Part shown: one piece after another, positions 35,809 through 46,444 of the stretch
Layout of the letters: every line of letters starts with the position of its first letter
How positions within the stretch are numbered: the first letter of the stretch is position 1
Virus record (IMG/VR): IMGVR_UViG_3300042892_005961
Location: 124,001 to 188,000 of that record
Strand: one strand, 5' to 3'
Length of the DNA: 64,000 bases
Made by a program: the position numbers and the translations under genes
Notes under the pieces: generated by a model
The model's input: the letters and a program-made list of their open reading frames with translations, nothing else
What the model was told of the DNA's origin: nothing
Database searches by the model: none

Positions 35809-37976
35809 TAACAGTTAGTTTTATTTTTATAATTATTAAATCCACCAAATAGATCATTTTTATTTTTATATGATTTTTCATTTCTTAAATAAAAATTAAT
35901 ATCATTTACAACATAGTGTGTATTATTCATATATGGAAATCTTGTTCCATTACCATCTTGATCCACAAATCCATGATCATATAAATCTCTCCATTTCCAT
36001 AATTTATCATCATTATCGTAAATTGCATTTTCGGGTAAATTGATTAAATCGTTTGTTTTTGAACTTTCGATATATGGAGATAGTTCTCTTAATTTAACTC
36101 TGTAGTGTGGTTGGTAATAATACCCGACTGTATTTGATGGTGTTGCTCCTTGATAAAAACTATCTTGATCTTGTGAGTGATAAAATAATCTATTACTTCC
36201 ACCTACTGTTGTTCCAGAAAAAATTGTTTTGTGTGAAAATTTATGAAACGCCTCACTAATAATTCTTTCTTTTAATTCTTTTCTATTGTATTCAACGAAG
36301 GCACCTGTAAGACCTGTGGTTCCTACCGGTATAGTTGTTCCGCCAGTAAATGTTACACCCGTATAATTGTAGGTACTACCTAATATTGTATTTGTTTTAC
36401 CACTGAACGTTTGTGTTAATCCTGTCATTACCTTTTCAACCGATGTTGTTCCACTAAATTGATTATCCAACCAATTATCATGAAAATTAAATTTAAATCC
36501 TACTTTTGGTGGGTAATCAAATAATCCGTTACCGTTTTTAAAAATTATACTTACATAAACTTCTGTTGGTGTGTAACCCAAATTATTGGTTATTCCGGTT
36601 AATGAGAATGTTTCTTTAAAATCAAATAATACAGATTCTTGTCGATTTCTTTCTACTAATATATCATTTTCTTGTAATGGATTTTCGAATAATATTTTTC
36701 TTTCGTCTTCAAAAATTGATGATTCAAAACCAACTTTATCCATAATATATTGTTGATCTCCTGTTAATGTTTTATGTTTATGAACATAATATTGTGACGT
36801 TGTTCCTGAAATATTTTTAATATCTAAACATCTTTTACCTAACACAACTGAGCTTAATATTGTTCCCGACGAAAATTCATTTTTTAATATGTTGATTACA
36901 TAATTTTCTGAATTATAAGTTTGATTACCAACACTATCGATATAGTAAATTCTATATTTTTCGGTGTCGGAAGTAATTGGTATTGTATAATATTGTCTAT
37001 TAGATGTTTGTTGCCAGAAACTTGTTGATCCCGTAATCGGTGGTATATTATTTAAATTAGAATTTACTAAAGATTTATAAGTTGCTCCCGAATAAAAAAC
37101 TAAATTATTAACATCATAAGTTTCAGTTGAATTCCAATTAGTAACTAATTTCCAATTTGTATTTCCTGTTAGTGGTGGTATGTTATTTACATTACTATTT
37201 ATTTTTGATGTATATATTTTATCAGAATAATGTATAATATTATCTTTACTATAGGTAACTCCTGAAACCCAATTATGAGAAGTATATGTACCTCCCGATA
37301 GAATAATATATTCCCCTTGTGATATTCCGTGTTCAACTGGTGATGTTAATATATAATAATTTGGATCTGTTGTACTGTCTACTCTAAATGGTATTCCGTT
37401 ACCAGCAACAAAGTTAAAATTAGTTTCATCTGATAAAGTATAGTTCATAGTGAATCCACTATCTTGTCCGTTCACATAACTTAAATATAAATTCCAATTT
37501 TTATAAGGAGCGTCGATTGATGTTGTGATGGTATGACCGGTGTATCTTCCAAATGGTGTTCCGTCAAATAAATCAATTTTTGGTATTACATTTGTTGTTC
37601 CTAATGTAGATCCATATGAAGGGGTTGTCCTTTCTCGTAAAACATCATTTCTTAAAAATGCAAATTCATTATATGGTACAAATCCTAAATCATTTCCCGT
37701 TCCGTCACCACATAAATAAAGGTTTCTTAATAGTGGAATATAATCAGTAAAACCATTATACATGTTTCTAAAAACCATTTTTAATTTACCATATATTTTA
37801 TAATTAAAACTTTGGTTTCTTTCATCATCAAATAATTCGGTTAGATTTAACATTATATTTCTATCACCTTCTCTCATCAATGTCTCATCATTATCTAATT
37901 TAACATTAAGATTAAGATCCTGTTCATCTGCCTTAAAATATCTTTTACTCGGTAATAAAATTTGTTTCTTTTTCAT
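35808..37976 (-). CDS. virion structural protein with two tandem CBM5/12-like modules
   Basis: WVSGVTYSKDNIIHYSDKIY..SNVNNIPP..W and WNSTETYDVNNLVFYSGATY..SNLNNIPP..W. Confidence 0.55.
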   Translation of the reverse strand: MKKKQILLPSKRYFKADEQDLNLNVKLDNDETLMREGDRNIMLNLTELFDDERNQSFNYKIYGKLKMVFRNMYNGFTDYIPLLRNLYLCGDGTGNDLGFVPYNEFAFLRNDVLRERTTPSYGSTLGTTNVIPKIDLFDGTPFGRYTGHTITTSIDAPYKNWNLYLSYVNGQDSGFTMNYTLSDETNFNFVAGNGIPFRVDSTTDPNYYILTSPVEHGISQGEYIILSGGTYTSHNWVSGVTYSKDNIIHYSDKIYTSKINSNVNNIPPLTGNTNWKLVTNWNSTETYDVNNLVFYSGATYKSLVNSNLNNIPPITGSTSFWQQTSNRQYYTIPITSDTEKYRIYYIDSVGNQTYNSENYVINILKNEFSSGTILSSVVLGKRCLDIKNISGTTSQYYVHKHKTLTGDQQYIMDKVGFESSIFEDERKILFENPLQENDILVERNRQESVLFDFKETFSLTGITNNLGYTPTEVYVSIIFKNGNGLFDYPPKVGFKFNFHDNWLDNQFSGTTSVEKVMTGLTQTFSGKTNTILGSTYNYTGVTFTGGTTIPVGTTGLTGAFVEYNRKELKERIISEAFHKFSHKTIFSGTTVGGSNRLFYHSQDQDSFYQGATPSNTVGYYYQPHYRVKLRELSPYIESSKTNDLINLPENAIYDNDDKLWKWRDLYDHGFVDQDGNGTRFPYMNNTHYVVNDINFYLRNEKSYKNKNDLFGGFNNYKNKTNC

Positions 37977-37989
37977 TTTTTAGTTTTTA

Positions 37990-40900
37990 TTAAGGAACTT
38001 GGTTTTCACATTCAAGTAAATTAAATGCCCCTTTAGGACCAAATAAATCTACAAACTTATCCATTCCCGTTTTACCCGCCATTAGTCCAAAATAAAAATG
38101 AAATGGTGTCGAAAGGATTTGTCTATTTCCACTGTAATAATCAATTGTTGGTCTTATGATATAATCAATTGAACTACTCCAAAATTGTGAGTGCCAACCA
38201 TTTGTTATTGTAATACCTTGGTATGTTGAGTTACCCGATACTGGACCAACTCTTGTATATAATGTTCCTCCTGTTGGTGCCTTAGTATATTGTCCCGACC
38301 CACCAGATAATAATTGATTTGTAAATCCTGTTACGTGTAAATAAGTAAAACCAGGATATTCTAAACCATAGTCCTCACTACTATCAAAAGGATTTTCATC
38401 AAGATCAACAATATCAAAATCAATTTGATCTGTACCATCTCCATTTATTGTTAAACCACTAAAAGTATAAGTCATTGGTAATAACAAATATTTGTCTGAC
38501 GAATCATTTGGTGCTCCATTAATATTATAAGCATATGTCATTCCTTGTAAAGGTTGTAATTCAACGGAACCATAATCCCAAGATTGACTATCTTTATATT
38601 CATTATATGGGCCAAATCCTTCACCTCCCTTATCCCACAAATAAAACGGTACTTTTTGTGAAGATCCATAAGTATCAGAATCCCAACCCAATCTTCCTGG
38701 TTCATTTAAACACGCTCTAATTCTTTCACCATCTTCTTTTAGATCGAAAGTAACCGGTAATGGTCCATATTGAGAGTTTACGGTTTTAAAAACTTCAGGA
38801 TAAATCTCAGGATCTAACTTATTGAATTGATATGCAAGATATTTTGAATTTTCTAAATCAAATCCTTCTATACCGGCTTCATTATTAATAGATAATAATT
38901 GTAGAATATCTCCATCTAAAATTTGTCTTAGACCTATTTTATTTTGAAATCCTTTGTTGGTAAAAAACATATCTAAATTTCCGAGAGCTCCTCCGACATC
39001 CATTCTATAATTAATTGCTAATCCAAGTAAATCTCCAATGTCTTGATATGAGGTAGGTCCAATACTTCTTGATACAGAACAATTTGGATCTAATCTTTTA
39101 TCAATACATATTTCTTTAATAAATTCATCTCTTGGTCCTAAATCTACAAATGTCGTAGGGTGATTTAATTCATTAGGTATAAAATTACCATTTTTAAATT
39201 TAGCTGACCTATAATAAAATTTATTAATTCCGTTACCTACGAATCTTACCAATGTCCTACAATATCTTATTAATTTTTCATTATTACTACTTATAGCTCT
39301 AGTAACTCCTTTAGCTTTAAATTGTAAAAAATATAGTGATCCAGATAACCAATTATCAATAAAACCATAATTAACGACACCACCACAAAACATTTTACCC
39401 ACTCGTTTTCTTCTATAGTATTCTCTCAATATACCTGTTAATCTTGCTGGAGTTTGAGTACCTGGAACAATATAAAAAACTCCGTTTGCGAATTCACTTC
39501 TTGCACTTGGGGTTGCGTATCCTCCATTATAATTATAACTTTCACAAGCAAAATCTTGAACACCTGTTACGAATGGATTACCTGAATTATATGGATAATA
39601 TGATTCTGGCACATTTATTGCTCCCCCATAAATTGCGGTGGAGATTAATATATTACCTGCACTTAATTCTGTTTTTAATTGTGCATTAGTTTGAACATAT
39701 TTTCTTCCTATATTTTCTGGTAAAAGTGTAGCATTATAACCGCAACCTTTAAATTCACTCGTATTACTAGTATTCGTAACAAAATACCCTGTCACCAAAT
39801 TATCATCATATAATGTATCATAATAACCACAACTACTATTTCCACTATAAGATATGCCAGAACCATTTCCACCTCCAATAGTGGAACTTTCATCTGAACA
39901 TTCGACGCATTCAGGATAATTAATTAAACTTAATTTTGTTTGATTATTAATAACAAATTCTGTAAGTCTTGATCTTAGAGGTCTATTCCTTTTTGCCGCA
40001 ACAGAAATTAACGCTTCGACTATAAATCCTAAAATAAAAACTGTAAAATTTAAAAATTGTAATGTTAAAAATTTAATAACAAAATCCAATACTAATAAAA
40101 AATCGGCAATTAATAATGGAAATGTATAATTCTTTATACCAAAATTTGATGGTGGTGTTAGTTTATCTCCACAATCTTCTTCTTCACTTGGAATTGTGTC
40201 ATTTATATTAGCGAAACCGACTTGTCCAATTAAATTTGTGCCGTTATATCTCTGTTGAAATGACGATACTGTATAGACTTTATTATATGTAAATCTATAA
40301 AAATAATCTTGTGGATAATACTCACCTCCATCATTATTTAAAATTAATGGTAAAGCCTCAGATGGATAATCACTTAGACTTGTTGAAAACGCATATGATT
40401 TATCATTTGGAACATCATAAGAAAATCCACCTAACGTTTCGGTTAATTGATACTCTCTTATGTTTGGTAACAAATAATCAGCATTAAATCTAACTCTCGT
40501 TAAATCATTATCATTCATGTTAATTCTAAATCTATAACATCCTGATGTTGGAATACCTCTATTAATATCATTAGTTATTTCATTCTCACCAAATTCATTT
40601 GTAATTACATAATCCATGTTCATAACAACCGGTAATACAAATCCACCGTCATCGGGTATATCCTCATTTATATTAACAACTTCTAAACGTGGGTAATTGT
40701 TATCATCTTTTTGAGGTGTGAATCTAATAGCTTCAATCTTACCTGACTTAGCAACTAAATCACATTTTCTTCCCATTTTTCTTCTTGGGGTACAAGCTTT
40801 ATTAATTGCATTTTTACTACTGTCAGTAAAAATACCACCAATTACATATGCTTTAGGTTGAATATTAACTCCGTTTTCTGTTAAGTCAAAATCTGTTCTT

Positions 40901-41607
40901 GTAATACCAATCTCACATAAAGATTCATTTCCCCAAAAAGGATAAACTTGGATGATTTTATTTATACTAACAATTTGTGGTAAAGAGTCTAAATCTTCAG
41001 ATTCTTTAAATGAGAATTTGTTTTTAAATCCATCGACATTTATTCCTTGTCTAATAAAATCATACGGTCTTAAAGAGAAACAACCGACATCAGATAAGTC
41101 AGCATCCATATGTATTGTTTGTGCACCAATAGGTACACCCCAAATCATAAAATCACCCGCACTATTTGTTTTAACTGTGTATTTGTAATATTTCTCATAT
41201 ACCTCTAAAACTTCTTCTCTCTCTAAAATATTAGTTTGATCGGGAAACGTCCCCGTTTTTGCATGTCCACTATGTTGTTGTCTTGATGGTAATAAGTTAT
41301 AACGATAATTATTTTCGTCTCTGTCAGTAACTTCCTTATATGGGTAAAGAGTAGAAATTACAGGATCCTCTTCATCTTCTATTGTTAATGGTACAAATAT
41401 TGATACTCTTACATTACCGAGTCCAAAACCATTGTTTGCAGTAACTCTACCACAGACAACTCCGTAATCAGAGCACATCGAAGTGTAAATCTCTTTTTGA
41501 CTAAATTTTAAAGATAAAATCTCTAAAACGTCAAAATCTTGTTTTAACTCAACTGTGATTTTTTGGTCAACCCCAATATTGGTTGAAATTCTATGCTTTT
41601 GTATCAT
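37990..41607 (-). CDS. large baseplate-associated protein with N-terminal prealbumin/carboxypeptidase-regulatory-like domain
   Basis: VVCGRVTANNGFGLGNVRVSIF...TNSAGDFMIWGVP; follows the gp6-like gene. Confidence 0.5.
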   Translation of the reverse strand: MIQKHRISTNIGVDQKITVELKQDFDVLEILSLKFSQKEIYTSMCSDYGVVCGRVTANNGFGLGNVRVSIFVPLTIEDEEDPVISTLYPYKEVTDRDENNYRYNLLPSRQQHSGHAKTGTFPDQTNILEREEVLEVYEKYYKYTVKTNSAGDFMIWGVPIGAQTIHMDADLSDVGCFSLRPYDFIRQGINVDGFKNKFSFKESEDLDSLPQIVSINKIIQVYPFWGNESLCEIGITRTDFDLTENGVNIQPKAYVIGGIFTDSSKNAINKACTPRRKMGRKCDLVAKSGKIEAIRFTPQKDDNNYPRLEVVNINEDIPDDGGFVLPVVMNMDYVITNEFGENEITNDINRGIPTSGCYRFRINMNDNDLTRVRFNADYLLPNIREYQLTETLGGFSYDVPNDKSYAFSTSLSDYPSEALPLILNNDGGEYYPQDYFYRFTYNKVYTVSSFQQRYNGTNLIGQVGFANINDTIPSEEEDCGDKLTPPSNFGIKNYTFPLLIADFLLVLDFVIKFLTLQFLNFTVFILGFIVEALISVAAKRNRPLRSRLTEFVINNQTKLSLINYPECVECSDESSTIGGGNGSGISYSGNSSCGYYDTLYDDNLVTGYFVTNTSNTSEFKGCGYNATLLPENIGRKYVQTNAQLKTELSAGNILISTAIYGGAINVPESYYPYNSGNPFVTGVQDFACESYNYNGGYATPSARSEFANGVFYIVPGTQTPARLTGILREYYRRKRVGKMFCGGVVNYGFIDNWLSGSLYFLQFKAKGVTRAISSNNEKLIRYCRTLVRFVGNGINKFYYRSAKFKNGNFIPNELNHPTTFVDLGPRDEFIKEICIDKRLDPNCSVSRSIGPTSYQDIGDLLGLAINYRMDVGGALGNLDMFFTNKGFQNKIGLRQILDGDILQLLSINNEAGIEGFDLENSKYLAYQFNKLDPEIYPEVFKTVNSQYGPLPVTFDLKEDGERIRACLNEPGRLGWDSDTYGSSQKVPFYLWDKGGEGFGPYNEYKDSQSWDYGSVELQPLQGMTYAYNINGAPNDSSDKYLLLPMTYTFSGLTINGDGTDQIDFDIVDLDENPFDSSEDYGLEYPGFTYLHVTGFTNQLLSGGSGQYTKAPTGGTLYTRVGPVSGNSTYQGITITNGWHSQFWSSSIDYIIRPTIDYYSGNRQILSTPFHFYFGLMAGKTGMDKFVDLFGPKGAFNLLECENQVP

Positions 41608-41662
41608 TCTTATAATAAATAGAAACTATGTGATTTTCTATATATTATAACGAAAAAACATT

Positions 41663-43492
41663 TTAAAATGTAGCCGTTCCTAATGTTTTAACCCTAACTT
41701 TAATATCTTTATTTGGGAATCTAATTTGGAAGATTTGATTTGACTTCATAAAGATCATATTATCGGATTGATTTATCAATCTAGTGTTTTGATCTGTTGT
41801 TTGTGATGGCTCCGCAGATGAATACTCACCTCCTATTTTACTGTAAACTCTTGTCTCAATTACATTTATCACACCTGATACGCTACCTACGATTTTGTTT
41901 AAAGCACCGATAAACAAAGGATCACCCATTTTACGTTTTTCTATTGCAAAATGTTCAATTGTATCCTGAATTACCGTTTGTATGATATCCGTCTGATTTG
42001 CGTTTTTATCTATGTTTAAATCAATTTCTAACCCCATATCGATGACTTCACCACTTACAATATCCAAATAGTCATTAATCATTTTATATTCCGTAAGATA
42101 GGTTAAAATGTTCGATTTTAGTGTATAAGAAACAGTATCAGTTAAATTACCTTGGTCGTCATATGATAATAATTTAATTCTAATCTTATTATCTTCCTCC
42201 ATAACATTAACCTTAGCTGGTGCTCCGTATGTTGATGGCATCGTTTCAATTAATGATTTATAATCATTTAATGTAACCGCCCTATTTTGTGCTGCAAAGT
42301 TATATGAAACCATATTACGAATTTCTTCGATTGTTGGTTGGTCCGCACCACCTACTGCAGGTGTTATGTTATTAACTCTAAGTGATTGTACCACACCAGT
42401 ATTCTTTGCTGGCACAGGTCCTGAAACTATAAATTCAACATCATCTACGTTTGTAATTACATTCACCCCTAAGTTACTATCTTTACCACCACCCACACGA
42501 TATTGTACAAATAATGTTGTATTAATTTTTGGTGTAGTTCCTAATGATAGATTATTTAAATAACTCGCCAAATTAACTTTCAATTGTCCTGTCATATAGT
42601 TGTCCAAATTGTCTAATGGATTAACTGTACCCGAACCAAATGTTAATGAAAAATAACCTTCAGGTGTATATTCTGTTATGAATTTATTATTAACAGGTAA
42701 AAACGTTCCTGCGGTAAAATTATTTGTATCCGATACAGACGTTGGGTCTGGCACAAATACTTTATCTTGAATTAATGATTTAACCTCATACCATTTGTTT
42801 GAGGTATTAGAAAATTCATTTGATGTTGGATTACTTGTAAAAGTTGTACCGTCCTTATGAATAACAGATGTTACTCCTAATACGTTTTGTTCGGGTAAGT
42901 ATAATTTTAAGAAAGGTTTTTGATCCGCTTGGTTTATAACTCTTCTATAAATTTTTGTTATACCATTTACAACAGGTTCTCTTTTTGTAATTGTATAAGA
43001 TATTAATCTATTATTTACATCAAAATTTGGTATCTTTAATCTATTAGGTTCTCCTTTTTTATTAAATGGAACAGAAAAATCAATATCATCAATTGTTTCA
43101 AAAACTTGACCTCCTCCTGAAACTTGAGCACCACTCTTTAATATACCCAAATATCTAACATCTTCTTTATCTCCTCTAACATCCACAGTAATTGAAAAAT
43201 CACATAATGCAACTGATGGTCTAACTCCTGGTAATCTAATACCATATGTTTTTGCAATATGATATAATGATTGTCTTTGTTGTGCAAAATCCAACATAGT
43301 TTCCTGCCAAACTCTATCAATGTGAAAGTGTAAGTTATCCGCAACCGCGGCATTAATATCTAATAACACCGAATAAATCGATGCGTCGTTAAAATTTTTA
43401 ACTAAATCAGGATAGTAATTTTTAGTTAATGTTACTAATTCATTTCTTAATCCCTGAAAATCTCTTGTTGCGTATGATATCTGTTTACTCAT
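41663..43492 (-). CDS. baseplate wedge subunit, T4 gp6 / baseplate J-like
   Basis: YATRDFQGLRNEL, YRVGGGKDSN, GGAD..TIEEIR...AQNRAVTLNDY. Confidence 0.85.
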   Translation of the reverse strand: MSKQISYATRDFQGLRNELVTLTKNYYPDLVKNFNDASIYSVLLDINAAVADNLHFHIDRVWQETMLDFAQQRQSLYHIAKTYGIRLPGVRPSVALCDFSITVDVRGDKEDVRYLGILKSGAQVSGGGQVFETIDDIDFSVPFNKKGEPNRLKIPNFDVNNRLISYTITKREPVVNGITKIYRRVINQADQKPFLKLYLPEQNVLGVTSVIHKDGTTFTSNPTSNEFSNTSNKWYEVKSLIQDKVFVPDPTSVSDTNNFTAGTFLPVNNKFITEYTPEGYFSLTFGSGTVNPLDNLDNYMTGQLKVNLASYLNNLSLGTTPKINTTLFVQYRVGGGKDSNLGVNVITNVDDVEFIVSGPVPAKNTGVVQSLRVNNITPAVGGADQPTIEEIRNMVSYNFAAQNRAVTLNDYKSLIETMPSTYGAPAKVNVMEEDNKIRIKLLSYDDQGNLTDTVSYTLKSNILTYLTEYKMINDYLDIVSGEVIDMGLEIDLNIDKNANQTDIIQTVIQDTIEHFAIEKRKMGDPLFIGALNKIVGSVSGVINVIETRVYSKIGGEYSSAEPSQTTDQNTRLINQSDNMIFMKSNQIFQIRFPNKDIKVRVKTLGTATF

Positions 43493-43493
43493 C

Positions 43494-43946
43494 TTATATG
43501 TTTAAAATTATAAAGTCGGAAGTTGAAAATGACCCGTTATTAACTGTATATTCTATTTTAACTACCGCCGTATATGGTTTTGTCGATTCATCAGAAACCC
43601 TAAATAATCTTTCATCTTCATCTTGTGCAATACTTCTTTGTCGATTTGGATCATCTTCGGCGGATGTTATAGATATATTTGTAATATCTAAGTTTGGTAT
43701 GAATTTTTTAACTCCTTCTCTGATTTCTTCTTCAATTAAATTATATGTAATTGCGTCATTTTGATCAAAAATATATTGATATATTCTTGTTCCAAAATCA
43801 GGTAAGTAATATCTACTACCTTTTCTTGTTAAAATAAGGTGTATAAGATTGGCTCTAATCTCCTTTTCAGGGATTTCAGTCATATTAAGATAATCTCCTT
43901 TAGGACTATCTCTAAATGGATAATCAATACCGTACGTTACTGCCAT
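43494..43946 (-). CDS. baseplate wedge subunit, T4 gp25 / GPW-like
   Basis: NLIHLILTRKGSRYYLPDFGT..YIFD; ATG start 43946. Confidence 0.85.
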   Translation of the reverse strand: MAVTYGIDYPFRDSPKGDYLNMTEIPEKEIRANLIHLILTRKGSRYYLPDFGTRIYQYIFDQNDAITYNLIEEEIREGVKKFIPNLDITNISITSAEDDPNRQRSIAQDEDERLFRVSDESTKPYTAVVKIEYTVNNGSFSTSDFIILNI

Positions 43947-43976
43947 ATTCAATAAATATAGATAAACCTAAAATGG

Positions 43977-44150
43977 TTATGTATCCTCTTTTATTTTTGA
44001 GTTCCCTTTTATAATATGTGGGGGGTCATAAGGACAATTTGCGCATCCATTGGAACAACAATGTCCTCTCTTCTGTAAAAAAAGAGAAGTCAGAACCATA
44101 AGCCCCGACTTCTCATCTATGTAATAATCTACTCCTTCCTCTAATTTCAT
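43977..44150 (-). CDS. small Cys-rich protein, DUF5522-like (57 aa)
   Basis: Hand translation MKLEEGVDYYIDEKSGLMVLTSLFLQKRGHCCSNGCANCPY...; TAATG overlap with the RNR stop. Confidence 0.75.
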   Translation of the reverse strand: MKLEEGVDYYIDEKSGLMVLTSLFLQKRGHCCSNGCANCPYDPPHIIKGNSKIKEDT

Positions 44151-46411
44151 TAGATACTTGTCACATCACATTGTGCTCCACTACAAGATTGTGCCGCATA
44201 ATCGGAAATACTCTTGTATTGTGGTTTATCTAAAATTTCACCGAAGTTTACTTCTTTGAATTGACGAGTAATAGTCTCCCACTTATAGAATAAATGAACG
44301 TCTTTTAAACAATAAACCATCTTCTTCAAATCACCTTTAAAGTAATTCTTCGCAAATTTCTTCGCTCTTGAGATCCAATATTTCTTTAATAAGACTTGTT
44401 CTCTTGTTCCTGTAATTTGTATTGAATCGTCTAATAAAGTATCTGTTGCTAACCATAAGTTTTGATTAAAATAATGTAAACCATCAATAATCAAACCAGA
44501 TGCTAATACCGAACCTTTACCATATACCTCAACTAATTCGTCAAGATTTAATACTGACGTAAATGGCGCTTGATTGAAATCTTTATCTCCGTAGTCTGAC
44601 ATGAAACTAACCGCAGTAAATAAATCTCTTTGTTCCCAAATATAATCAACAATTGCATCTTTATCGTCAATAATAACTGTACAAGATGTATTATGATTTA
44701 CCGGCATATAAGCACATAACTCAGGATTAGTTCCAGCATTTACCCAATGTTGTTGAACCAACTTAATTAACTCAAGGTGTTTAATACCTTTCATATCTTT
44801 TTTGAATAAACCAACTTTTGGATTTTCAACAGGAACGAATACAACATAATCTGATTTAGTTGAAGACCATACACTTTCTTCTAATAAGAAAGCCATATTT
44901 TCTTCTAACCATTTTGCAGTGTTACTTTCTTTATTTAACTGCATGATACGGAAATACTTTTCAGAGTGTTCAGGGTGAATACCTGATGCAGTTCCTAATA
45001 CAACTGACGCATTACCTGAAGGTTTTACACAAGTAGTTCTTGCCGCTTGGTTAATTCCAATTACCGCTGCCAATTCTTTATTAGCATCTTTTACGGCTTG
45101 TGCTCCTTCTTCTAATAATTCAGCATTAAATAATTTAGGATTATTCATCCAACCTGTAATACTAACACCTAACAAAGCTTCTCTTTCAAAGATTGCTTTA
45201 CTTGTTTCACCTAAATAAGGAAAATTAGTATAACCCGCTTGTAATGTTCCTAAGAAAGAAGCATCTTTACATGCCTTTAAAAACTTTTCTTTTGTTGTTG
45301 CCTTCTCAGCATTGATCTCGGTTAAATTACAACCTTGAATACCGAACTTAGATTTGTTGTCTTTAACATATTGTTCAACTTCATCATATTTGATTTTACC
45401 AAAATCAATTGTATCTAATACAGGGATTTTCATAATCTCAAAACATGGATTAAACATATCAAACCAACTGTTCGCAAAAACAAAACCAATATCATTTGCT
45501 CCGTCATTTAATTGTACCAAGTAATTGAATTGTTCTTTAACAACTTCACTTCTCAATAAAATAACTGAGTTATTACTACGACCTCTTTGTGGGTTTTCTA
45601 TTCTCCAATTACCTGTCTTAGCGTGGATCATCTCATCATCATTAGGATCAACGATCATATTCAACGCTGAACGTCTAACACCACCCGACAATACTGCATC
45701 CGCTGAGTGACAAATAATATCAAACGCTAAGATAGGACGAATTTTTTCTCCTTCATTAGTTAACCACTTTTCAATTAACGATTCTATTTTTTCTAAAGAT
45801 TGTTTTAAACCATCAGGACCAGGTGCTTTAAAACCACCGCTGATGAATGAACCTTTCTCACGAATTAAAGAATAATCTAATTTAACTTCATAACCTGCAT
45901 ATTCAGGGAATGGTTGTTCGTCAACAAAGTAAGATGATAACAATACACCCAATGCGTTTGCCCAACCTTCAATTGAATCTTCAATATAAAAAGTTTTAGT
46001 CCCTAAAGTTCTTTTTTGAATTCTACTTAAATTATTTACAAAAGGAGTTAATAATCCTCCACCGAATCCACAACCAGATAATGCCAAGTAAAAAATCTCT
46101 TGGAATACTCTATTACGTGCAATGTGTCCTGATGTACAGTTAAACATTCTCGTGTTATGTTTCATAATTTGTTCGTGTCTGTATTGTAAGTTTCTTTGTG
46201 AAGCTAATACAGCTTGATCTTTCATACTCTCAACGGCAGATTGTAAATATGGTTCAATTGCCTCAGCATAATCCACATATTTTTTTCTGTGTCCGTCAAT
46301 TATGTTCTCACACGCGTCTTCCCACGTTTCATATCTTTTTTCATCTTCCTTCCATTTGAAATAGTCTGAGTGTAACTTTAAGTCACTCAGAAATTTTTTA
46401 CCTTTCTGCAT
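44150..46411 (-). CDS. nrdJ: class II (adenosylcobalamin-dependent) ribonucleotide reductase, monomeric type
   Basis: FNCT, GGVRRSA, NPCFE, GCNL, TCVKPSGNAS, C-terminal CSGAQC. Confidence 0.85.
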   Translation of the reverse strand: MQKGKKFLSDLKLHSDYFKWKEDEKRYETWEDACENIIDGHRKKYVDYAEAIEPYLQSAVESMKDQAVLASQRNLQYRHEQIMKHNTRMFNCTSGHIARNRVFQEIFYLALSGCGFGGGLLTPFVNNLSRIQKRTLGTKTFYIEDSIEGWANALGVLLSSYFVDEQPFPEYAGYEVKLDYSLIREKGSFISGGFKAPGPDGLKQSLEKIESLIEKWLTNEGEKIRPILAFDIICHSADAVLSGGVRRSALNMIVDPNDDEMIHAKTGNWRIENPQRGRSNNSVILLRSEVVKEQFNYLVQLNDGANDIGFVFANSWFDMFNPCFEIMKIPVLDTIDFGKIKYDEVEQYVKDNKSKFGIQGCNLTEINAEKATTKEKFLKACKDASFLGTLQAGYTNFPYLGETSKAIFEREALLGVSITGWMNNPKLFNAELLEEGAQAVKDANKELAAVIGINQAARTTCVKPSGNASVVLGTASGIHPEHSEKYFRIMQLNKESNTAKWLEENMAFLLEESVWSSTKSDYVVFVPVENPKVGLFKKDMKGIKHLELIKLVQQHWVNAGTNPELCAYMPVNHNTSCTVIIDDKDAIVDYIWEQRDLFTAVSFMSDYGDKDFNQAPFTSVLNLDELVEVYGKGSVLASGLIIDGLHYFNQNLWLATDTLLDDSIQITGTREQVLLKKYWISRAKKFAKNYFKGDLKKMVYCLKDVHLFYKWETITRQFKEVNFGEILDKPQYKSISDYAAQSCSGAQCDVTSI

Positions 46412-46444
46412 TTGTTCTTTTTTCTTTTATGTTTGTTTTATTAA

